Origin: Candidatus Micrarchaeia archaeon
GTDB taxonomy: Archaea; Micrarchaeota; Micrarchaeia; CAILAH01
DNA: 64,000 nt
Direction of reading: 5' to 3'
Assembly (NCBI GenBank): GCA_038874595.1
Contig: JAVZCB010000002.1
Coordinates: forward strand, 1-64,000
Position 1 is the first letter of the stretch; the number at the start of each line of letters is the position of its first letter. The position numbers and the translations under genes are program-made. The notes below the pieces were generated by a model. That model saw only the letters and a list, made by a program, of their open reading frames with translations. It made no database searches and was not told the DNA's origin. This document shows, piece by piece, positions 57,701 to 64,000 of the stretch.

Positions 57701-58377
57701 TGCCTGAGCTGCTCGCGCGCAATTATAAGCTCATTCTGCGAGCATATCCCTAAATCGAATGCCTTATCCCAAATCAGCTTGTTTATTGCCTTTTCAAGCT
57801 CATCACGCTGCAGCAGGATATTATCAACCTCGGCTTGAGCGAGCTGGCTTTTTGATGCTATGATTGCGCGGAGATCCGCTGCCTTCCTCTTAACATTTGA
57901 AAAATCAACTGATGTCTGGTAAAGCGTGCCATTTAGGGCGGGATACTTGTTCAGGCCGTTATTGCAGCGCACGTTTGAAGTGCACAGGTTTTGGCATTCT
58001 GATTCACTGCTGCATACCGTAATAACATCATCCAATGCATAGTTACAGTTCAGGTTTATTGTTGCGAGCCTTGTTAATAAATCGTAATATGTATTAGCTG
58101 CCTGCTCATCCCTCTTGTAAACGGGTTGCAGGCTGAAATCCGGGTTTTTCTGTATCCCTATTATGATTATTTCCCGTGCCATCTGGAGCTTGCCGTCCGC
58201 CTGTGTTACAAACGTATACTTCCACACGTTAGGTATACCATCCCCATCCGTATCTGACTGCTGTGTTTTCTCAAGCACAGCTTTCTTTTGCGCAAGCGGA
58301 GTGGCACTCTCCAAACAACCCATACTCATAATAAATAGTGCAATAAAAAAGAGCAGTAGAGCCCCACGATAATTCAT
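54721..58377 (-). CDS. Large membrane protein: lipoprotein signal, Cys-containing extracellular domain, 3-4 TMs, long coiled coil with zinc ribbon, C-terminal Roadblock/LC7 domain
   Basis: SMGC lipobox; DTDGDG; TM block; CPVC..CESCG; KDGLVISS....VAAM.A...DLG Roadblock pattern. Confidence 0.75.
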   Translation of the reverse strand: MNYRGALLLFFIALFIMSMGCLESATPLAQKKAVLEKTQQSDTDGDGIPNVWKYTFVTQADGKLQMAREIIIIGIQKNPDFSLQPVYKRDEQAANTYYDLLTRLATINLNCNYALDDVITVCSSESECQNLCTSNVRCNNGLNKYPALNGTLYQTSVDFSNVKRKAADLRAIIASKSQLAQAEVDNILLQRDELEKAINKLIWDKAFDLGICSQNELIIAREQLRQLQVIYVEDAGATRAQYYSAYSRYEITSRTSYIYDENAIIDADEIIPESFAVRKSDITFLTVPPVYVSDSVPLTARYRISFKKPSDTRVDFGYKVQAPPANWDLEMQKITYPSGTIRVLALENIGIYVEGRALFNSALAAIRAYVGFGFGLALVLFAILLIIYILYTLLYLVYSLFVSAARHEPISEAIYRVAGFGGRGRKEFTIAAVIALIIGGYLIASTGEPQTDDVILAMTTSIGLLLGVSITVIGLVLIGFVLEDLLKARFLGERYMRAPVEHGLRKVLVEKEMRDELLKMRKDIMSLKESAAVAGISFDISRIDRFFSKLSEAETRMSRGELEEAELLLEKELRKEYSALHELLSVSMDQEKVLEKARSDIEDEIDQLEPLYRKLTGYGIKLEKKDWRVEANRYSIIYSGQGFVAAKTYLDSIQEAIRRERSSIEGKLSEVERLKLTKFPCPVCNRTTSLASDRCESCGVPLEEGFASRESELRHELEALAIELRGKKVARADRLVASVETLLSHMRENVAAKQFDKASELVATINEKMKYLREVLGKIIAEEDEMKQHIARIIKHLDTIPSLITQAKENGIDVSIYEKRLAAFGGREAIASLEQMPIEEAVIRSKELADSYGQIESDIKNTIARFMVSVSAFERVNELFTEVSTLITRGKGYGMRVEEYSKRLGGLNVDSLINAIERNEVDEKELATTVSILSDMAAELGKKVSAVQQFSEQLDAIDAKLHEAGTLVEVCKKNNLIPFDEMERLYATSTGPLRDRIEKFGLDEIEQIKNEIISLNTKVDSILFTLRKKSEVLSAWPGWKSSIEGLLRKQERVDPAMLSTIPPEWRPWVVERFISETDLPVALEGNTIVKLKAIKSVTKSDLDNIMKEMIDTQRILGGIILRKDGLVISSNLPKGSNPESVAAMSARAMQKAEAASKALNKGDVNYVAFNATLGRQVIVRAGEQSLILAIIRPDEDLGFVLLTMKKAADRVRDIIDKL

Positions 58378-58429
58378 AATGATACATCTCTGAGAATGTT
58401 TAAATACATTCCAATGTTTAAAGTAAACT

Positions 58430-58689
58430 GGATAGGCCGGGGGGCCAGGGGTCCCTTGTTACCGCAAATCCCCTTCAGGCGGGGCCGAAAAGCCGGGAGA
58501 GGCTTCAGGATGGTGAGCGGGTCCGTACGTCCCGCGTCGATCTCCTGCCTTACGCGGCGGCTCGCTGTGCGAACCGGGTTAGGCCGGAAGGAGCAGCCCT
58601 AAACACTGCGTGCCGTGCCGTAAGTCAACAGGAGGGAGTTGGCGTGCGGGGTGCCTTAACATTATCTTGCTGTCCATCCCGGTGAATCC
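58430..58689 (+). ncRNA. ffs: Archaeal SRP (7S) RNA
   Basis: Helix 8 motif AGGCCGGAAGGAGCAG; Alu-like 5' domain; complementary ends GGAT..CCGG/CCGG..ATCC; TTTAAATA upstream. Confidence 0.88.
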
Positions 58690-58756
58690 GCTTATGTTAG
58701 AAAACGGGTGAGAAGGAACAACCTTCTTCTCCAAAGAGCCATTGCCATCTGAAGGC

Positions 58757-58869
58757 ATGAGATTAGAAGGAGAGAGGGGGCGAAGCCCACTTCCTCTCAA
58801 AAAACACTCTGCCCCTTTCGGGGGGTATGAGATTAGAAGGAGAGAGGGGGGCGAAGCCCACTTCCTCTC
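58757..58869. repeat. ~42-bp hairpin-containing direct repeat (period 70) upstream of tRNA-Ser
   Basis: ATGAGATTAGAAGGAGAGAGGGGG(G)CGAAGCCCACTTCCTCTC at 58757 and 58827. Confidence 0.92.
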
Positions 58870-58873
58870 CTCT

Positions 58874-58957
58874 GCTGGGGTCGCCTAGTCCGGTAGGGCG
58901 CTGGATTGCTAATCCAGTGGCCGAAAGGCCGCGGGAGTTCAAATCTCCCCCCTAGCG
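58874..58957 (+). tRNA. tRNA-Ser(GCT), no intron
   Basis: Acceptor GCTGGGG/CCCTAGC, G73; anticodon GCT 58908-58910; long variable arm GGCC-GAAA-GGCC. Confidence 0.95.
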
Positions 58958-59031
58958 TCCTATTTTATAAGTAAACCCGCAATTGAAACTTTTAAAAAGG
59001 GTGCATGTGCTAATAATAGAAGGTGTTGTGT

Positions 59032-59415
59032 ATGATGAAGCAAATCACTGTTGTTGTGCAGAATAGGGTAGGGGCACTTGCAGACGTGACAGAGGTATTG
59101 AGCAGGAGCGGCATTAACATAATCTCAATTTCCGCGCAGGGGTTTGAGAACAACGGTGTTATCAGGGTGCTGACAACTGATATGAACACTGCACTGCACG
59201 ATTTGAGCAAGGCGGGGTTCAATGCAATCGTTAATGATATTATTGTGTTGAAGTTGCCTGACAGGCCGGGTGAGCTTTACAAGGTAACAAAGAAGCTCTC
59301 AAAGGAAGGGCTGAACTTAAGGGCGGTTTACATAATCGGCAAGGAAAATGACAGGACGGTTGTAGCGATTGACCCTGAGGATTACCAGAAGGCTGTCAAG
59401 GCACTCGAAAAATAG
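59032..59415 (+). CDS. Tandem ACT-domain protein
   Basis: NRVGALA.V...L...GINI and DRPGEL..V...L...GLNL. Confidence 0.88.
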   Translation: MMKQITVVVQNRVGALADVTEVLSRSGINIISISAQGFENNGVIRVLTTDMNTALHDLSKAGFNAIVNDIIVLKLPDRPGELYKVTKKLSKEGLNLRAVYIIGKENDRTVVAIDPEDYQKAVKALEK

Positions 59416-59437
59416 CATTTCCCTTTCTTTTTCTTAT

Positions 59438-59815
59438 TTATGGGAGTCGTGTTATTATTATTGCGCCGTCCCGGTTTTCTATCCTGAACTCCCCAGCCAC
59501 ATTCTCGCTTACTTGGGACGTGTATTGCTCTGGCACTACACAAACATATGATTCAGCAATATATACCTCACGCGAAGTGCCATTGAACGCAACTGGCAAT
59601 TGCGAATAAAAAGTCCTCACAGCACCGTTACCACTTATTTTTGCAGAAAGGATTTTCTGTGAGATTTCTTCGCATGTGCGCTCCATTACAAGCCGCGATG
59701 CATACACTACTGACTGCTGCCCCTGTGTATGTGCAACCGCAAGCAAAGCCGTAAACACAACTGCAAGCGCACTTAATGCAATTAAAAAATCAAACACTAT
59801 CTGGCCGCGCTGCAT
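59438..59815 (-). CDS. Class III signal peptide (pilin-like) protein
   Basis: RG|QIVFD + hydrophobic helix. Confidence 0.75.
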   Translation of the reverse strand: MQRGQIVFDFLIALSALAVVFTALLAVAHTQGQQSVVYASRLVMERTCEEISQKILSAKISGNGAVRTFYSQLPVAFNGTSREVYIAESYVCVVPEQYTSQVSENVAGEFRIENRDGAIIITRLP

Positions 59816-59816
59816 C

Positions 59817-60491
59817 TCAGGACACCTCAACTGTAATTGTCTCGCGCTCGCCGCTTGGGCTCCTTAATATAACTTTTCCTGATGAGGTTGCTGTTATTGT
59901 GAGCTGTGCCTCACTCCCTGCAGCAATTTTTTGTGACTGCCAGCTTAGTGTGATGCCTGTACTTGGTGATGCTGTTATTGTTGTTTCCTTCTGGCCCGGG
60001 TTTTTTACAGTTATCGATACCTCTTCTCCAGGATTGGTATATACGAGCACTCTTGAAACAGCAAGTGATGGGCTATCAGTAATAAACACATATCCGGAAT
60101 GTGATACTACATACACCTCATAATCCCCGGGTACAAAAGATAGGTTGCCGCTTACCGGAACATCAAAAAGCTGCGGGATATCTCTGGCACCGTACTTCTG
60201 CTCTGTCCTTATGTTAATTATGTTATTAGAGATGTATGATTCCTCTGGAACTACCGTTGTTGGGATATGAATCACTGATTTCTGCACCGAGCCGGGACCT
60301 CCCTCATATGCCTGCCTGGCAAGCTGTGCCAGCTCACGCAGGCTGCGCTCTGTTAACTTTGAATCCAGCGTAGCCTGCATATCCTCAAACGAGGAGCGAG
60401 AGGCTGCAACCAGTACACCTAACACGAGCAAGGCAACTGCAAGTATTGAGATAAGCTCTATCGATGCCTGGCCTTTATGCGAATAAGCCAT
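59817..60491 (-). CDS. Class III signal peptide (pilin-like) protein with Ig-like C-terminus
   Basis: KG|QASIE + hydrophobic helix; G.GS motif. Confidence 0.8.
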   Translation of the reverse strand: MAYSHKGQASIELISILAVALLVLGVLVAASRSSFEDMQATLDSKLTERSLRELAQLARQAYEGGPGSVQKSVIHIPTTVVPEESYISNNIINIRTEQKYGARDIPQLFDVPVSGNLSFVPGDYEVYVVSHSGYVFITDSPSLAVSRVLVYTNPGEEVSITVKNPGQKETTITASPSTGITLSWQSQKIAAGSEAQLTITATSSGKVILRSPSGERETITVEVS

Positions 60492-60601
60492 ATGCAATGA
60501 AATATGCACAGAGTAATATATACCTATTTCTTGGTGGGTTTGGCTGTTATCCAGGAAATTAACAAAAGGTTTTTAAACATATAAGTATATACTTATATGT
60601 T

Positions 60602-60877
60602 ATGGGCAGGATGGCTGAGGCATTTAAGGCGATGGGTGACGAAACTAGATTAAGGATACTAAAACAGCTCTTAAAGGAAAGATTGTGTGTTAATGACATC
60701 TGCAAAAGGATTGGCACCACACAGCCAAACATATCACAGCACATCTCTGTGCTGAAAAGGGCTGGCCTGATAGAAGTTTCAAGGCGTGGTAAGAAGTGTT
60801 GCTGCAGAGCCAAAAAGCCAAAAACTGTGCTTAAAGCCATTATGCTGCTTGAGAAGGTGATAAGACATGAGAGTTGA
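60602..60877 (+). CDS. ArsR/SmtB family transcriptional regulator
   Basis: FKAMGDETRLRIL, LCV.DI, ISQH...LKRAGLI. Confidence 0.92.
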   Translation: MGRMAEAFKAMGDETRLRILKQLLKERLCVNDICKRIGTTQPNISQHISVLKRAGLIEVSRRGKKCCCRAKKPKTVLKAIMLLEKVIRHES

Positions 60878-61184
60878 TATGGATAAAGACCTGGAAGAAC
60901 TGCGTAGGAAAAAAATGGATGAAATGCTTAATAGTAACAAGAATGGCCATAACATCATAATATACAGGACGCCAACGTGCCCATACTGCCATATGGCTGC
61001 GGAGTACCTGAGGAGGTTGGGTGTTGAGTTCAGGGAAGTTGATGTAAGCAGGGACCAGGCCGCTGCAATTGAGATGATAAGAAAAAGCGGACAGATGGGC
61101 GTACCTGTGATTGATATAGATGGAATGATAATTATTGGGTTTGATAGATTGGCCATAGATAGTGCGTTATCAAAAGTAAGATAA
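60867..61184 (+). CDS. Glutaredoxin (NrdH/YruB-like)
   Basis: CPYC, SGQMGVPVI, IIGFD. Confidence 0.9.
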   Translation: MRVDMDKDLEELRRKKMDEMLNSNKNGHNIIIYRTPTCPYCHMAAEYLRRLGVEFREVDVSRDQAAAIEMIRKSGQMGVPVIDIDGMIIIGFDRLAIDSALSKVR

Positions 61185-61199
61185 GCTAAGTCAGAAAGG

Positions 61200-61688
61200 C
61201 TAGTACGGCCTTCCTCCTTTCATTTTCCATCTTTCAAAAAGCTGAAGACATTCCTTGCGCATAAAAGATGGGATGATATTTATTTTCAGTCGGCCGAGAT
61301 GCTTTAGTTGTATGTCCCGCACCTTTATCTCATTAAAGCCGTAGCGCGCCGCATCAGATATCGTTGTACCGTATATGATTGTGCTTATTCGCGCCCAGTG
61401 TATTGCTGAGAAGCACATCGGGCACGGCTCGGTAGTAGAGTATATTGTGCATCCAGATAGATTAAGAGATTTGAGCTTCTTGCACGCTTTCCTGATGGCG
61501 TTAACCTCCGCGTGTGCTGTAGAGTCACAGCTCTTGAAGACAGTATTATGGGCGATTGATATAACCTTGCCATCCTTGCTAACTATAGACGCACCGAACG
61601 GGCCGCCTTCACCTTTTGTAATTCCTTGAATTGCCGATTTTATGGCAAGCTGCATATACTCTTCTTTTGGTGTTTCTAACTTTCTCAT
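61200..61688 (-). CDS. Nucleoside/guanine deaminase (CDA fold)
   Basis: GGPFGA, HAEVNAIR, EPCPMC.SAIHWARI. Confidence 0.88.
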   Translation of the reverse strand: MRKLETPKEEYMQLAIKSAIQGITKGEGGPFGASIVSKDGKVISIAHNTVFKSCDSTAHAEVNAIRKACKKLKSLNLSGCTIYSTTEPCPMCFSAIHWARISTIIYGTTISDAARYGFNEIKVRDIQLKHLGRLKINIIPSFMRKECLQLFERWKMKGGRPY

Positions 61689-61738
61689 TAATGTAAACTC
61701 TCCACCAAACTTAAAAAGTGTTAAACAGAAGATAATTC

Positions 61739-62602
61739 ATGGCAAAACCCTCTTGGCTGAAGATAGGGTTACCAAGCCGAAAGTATGAAGATACAAAACG
61801 TATCCTTTCATCCCTGGGAATTACTACTGTGTGCAAGGAGGCAAAATGTCCTAACGTGAATGAGTGCTGGGGAAGAGGGACTGCAACGTTTATGGTCCTA
61901 GGTGATGTATGCACGCGCGGGTGCAAATTCTGTAACACAAAAACGGCACAGTGCGGCAGGGAGGTGGACCAGAAAGAGCCGGACAGGATTGCAAAGGCCG
62001 TGCTTGCACTTAACCTTAATTATGTTGTTATTACTAGTGTTGACAGGGATGACCTTGACGATTTAGGGGCGGGGCATTTTGCAAGATGTGTTGCTGAGGT
62101 TAAGAAAAAAACTAACGCGAGAGTTGAGGTATTAACACCAGACTTCCAGGGAAAAACAAGCCTTGTTGATATGGTTTGTGAGGTGGGTCCTGAAGTGTTC
62201 GGGCATAATGTTGAGACTGTTGAGAGGCTGCAGAAAATTGTCCGGGATTCAAGGTGCGATTATGAAACCTCACTTAAAGTGCTGAGGCATGCTGCAAGCA
62301 AGCACAGTGGCATTATCACAAAATCTGCACTTATGGTAGGGATGGGAGAGAGTGTGGAGGAGGTTATTGGAACACTTGAAGATTTGAGAAATGCTGGTGT
62401 GCGGGCGGTTGCAATCGGGCAATACCTCCAGCCAACAAAAAGGCATTATCCTGTAAAGGAGTATGTTACGCCGGGAAAATTTGCTGCGTATGAGAAGGCA
62501 GCAAGGGAGATGGGGTTTGACTTTGTTGAGTGTGGCCCATTCGTTAGGAGCTCATACAAGGCGTGGGAGATGTTCTCCACAGGATATAATACTTTGTGCT
62601 GA
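61739..62602 (+). CDS. lipA: Lipoyl synthase
   Basis: CKEAKCPNVNEC, CTRGCKFC, TSVDRDDL, VRSSY. Confidence 0.96.
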   Translation: MAKPSWLKIGLPSRKYEDTKRILSSLGITTVCKEAKCPNVNECWGRGTATFMVLGDVCTRGCKFCNTKTAQCGREVDQKEPDRIAKAVLALNLNYVVITSVDRDDLDDLGAGHFARCVAEVKKKTNARVEVLTPDFQGKTSLVDMVCEVGPEVFGHNVETVERLQKIVRDSRCDYETSLKVLRHAASKHSGIITKSALMVGMGESVEEVIGTLEDLRNAGVRAVAIGQYLQPTKRHYPVKEYVTPGKFAAYEKAAREMGFDFVECGPFVRSSYKAWEMFSTGYNTLC

Positions 62603-62629
62603 TTTCTTAGTTGGGGGAAGAGGTGCTGT

Positions 62630-63715
62630 GTGATGGTAATAAAGAAGGTATTTTCTGCGGGTGTTGATTATATACAGGTGCTTGATGAAAACGGAAAGGC
62701 CGATAAGGCACTTGAAAAAGAGCTTGTTAAGGACGGGCTGAAAAGGGAGCATCTCATCGCGCTTTACCGTTATATGGTCACTGCGCGCGTGCTTGATGAG
62801 AAAGCCATAAACCTGCAGAGGCAGGGCAGATTGCTTACATATGCACCGTGCAAAGGAGAGGAGGCAATATCAGTAGGCACATCATTTGCGCTCAATAAGG
62901 ACGATTGGGTTGTGCCTTCGTACAGGGAGCAGGGGATGTACGTTACAAGAGGCGTGCCCCTGAAATATTTCATGATGTATTTTATGGGGTTTGAGGAAGG
63001 CAACCACCTTCCTGATGAATTCAACATAACACCTGTATGCGTACCAGTAGCAACGCACTTCCCGCACGCTGCTGGGATTGGGATTGCACTCAGGTATAAA
63101 GGGGAGAACAAGGTTGTGATGACATATACAGGAGATGGCGGGACTTCTGAAGGAGATTTTTATGAGGCAATTAATTTTGCAGGTGTTTACAACGCGCCCG
63201 TGGTTTTTGTCATAAGAAACAACCAGTGGGCGATTTCTGTGCCAAGGAAAAAGCAGACTGCTGCAAAGACTATTGCACAGAAAGGCATTGCTGCAGGGAT
63301 TAATTGTATGCAGGCAGATGGGAACGATGTGCTCGCAATGTATTACACTGCCAAGAAAGCCGTTGAGAGGGCAAGAAAAGGGGATGGCCCAACGCTTATT
63401 GAAGCAGTATCATATAGGATGAGCATGCACACAACTGCTGATGACCCTAAGAGGTATATGCCGGAAGAAGAGATTGAGGCATGGAAAAAGAAAGACCCGA
63501 TTGAGAGATTCAGGAAATACCTGAAAGCAAAGAGAATATTGAACGAGGCACTTGAAAAGAGAATCTTAAAGCAGGCGAACACAGATGTTGAGCATGCTGT
63601 TGAAGAGGCCGAGGCGTTCAGGACTGATTACACGCATATGTTCAAGAGCGTTTATGAGAGGATACCTGCCGAGCTTGAAGAGCAGATGGAGGAAGCGGGA
63701 AGATTTGCAAGGTAG
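62630..63715 (+). CDS. pdhA: Pyruvate/2-oxoacid dehydrogenase E1 alpha
   Basis: LQRQGR, GDGGTSEGDFYE..N, NNQWAIS, YR...HTTADDP. Confidence 0.93.
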   Translation: MMVIKKVFSAGVDYIQVLDENGKADKALEKELVKDGLKREHLIALYRYMVTARVLDEKAINLQRQGRLLTYAPCKGEEAISVGTSFALNKDDWVVPSYREQGMYVTRGVPLKYFMMYFMGFEEGNHLPDEFNITPVCVPVATHFPHAAGIGIALRYKGENKVVMTYTGDGGTSEGDFYEAINFAGVYNAPVVFVIRNNQWAISVPRKKQTAAKTIAQKGIAAGINCMQADGNDVLAMYYTAKKAVERARKGDGPTLIEAVSYRMSMHTTADDPKRYMPEEEIEAWKKKDPIERFRKYLKAKRILNEALEKRILKQANTDVEHAVEEAEAFRTDYTHMFKSVYERIPAELEEQMEEAGRFAR

Positions 63716-63768
63716 GTGATCTTATGAATGGTTATATGAAGATGTGTTGTTTTGTGAGGGGTGGTTGA

Positions 63769-64000
63769 ATGGCTGAAGTTAATATGATTCAGGCAATCAA
63801 CATGGCGCTTGCACAGGAGATGGAGAGGGATAAGAGGATTGTAGTGTTCGGTGAAGATGTTGGCAAGAACGGTGGAGTGTTCAGGGTGACGGACGGACTT
63901 CTGGAAAAGTTTGGCGAGAAAAGGGTGTTTGACACGCCTCTTGCCGAGTCTGGGATAATTGGCACTGCTGTTGGGATGGCATATGCTGGGCTGCGGCCAA
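63769..64000 (+). CDS. pdhB: Pyruvate/2-oxoacid dehydrogenase E1 beta, 3'-truncated by window edge
   Basis: Hand translation [11 protein letters not shown]...[33 protein letters not shown]. Confidence 0.92.
   Translation, partial: MAEVNMIQAINMALAQEMERDKRIVVFGEDVGKNGGVFRVTDGLLEKFGEKRVFDTPLAESGIIGTAVGMAYAGLRP

Noticed and set aside
58396-58800. ORFs 58396-58602 and 58579-58800
   Set aside because: Shadow frames over the SRP RNA.
1821-63582. Numerous long antisense ORFs (e.g. 1821-2354, 3673-4245, 30026-30772, 32388-33116)
   Set aside because: They lie opposite well-supported genes and have no recognisable motifs.
1-64000. Provirus, integrase or transposase next to the tRNA genes
   Set aside because: No recombinase, transposase, reverse transcriptase or virion gene motifs were recognised in any ORF.

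Overview
Archaeal chromosomal segment, most likely DPANN/Micrarchaeota-like. This assignment is inferred from gene content, compact spacing and the tRNA intron style. Most of the window is housekeeping: an Aeropyrum-type mevalonate cluster, TYW1, KEOPS (Bud32, Kae1), Rpo7/Spt4, Pus10, class I LysRS, Topo VI, aCPSF1, proteasome beta, TFB, eIF5A, S24e/S27ae, SRP RNA and LipA-PDH E1. The most striking signal is non-coding. All six tRNA genes (Ala, His, Glu, Cys, Asp, Ser) are interrupted and/or flanked by short hairpin elements and tandem repeats. Three carry BHB introns at the non-canonical T-loop position 59/60. One element (42-bp short form plus a long double-hairpin form) occurs as a tandem array inside the tRNA-His T-loop intron and, inverted, in the 5' leader of tRNA-Cys. 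A second stem motif is shared by the Asp intron, the His anticodon intron and the Cys 3' trailer. This suggests a tRNA-targeting, intron-generating family of non-coding mobile elements. Other notable items are an intact GGDEF protein and a lytic transglycosylase in an archaeon, a 1218-aa lipoprotein-TM-coiled-coil-Roadblock protein, a candidate 3-hairpin ncRNA with its own promoter, a 21-aa Cys/Lys microprotein and a CTG-initiated beta-CASP gene.
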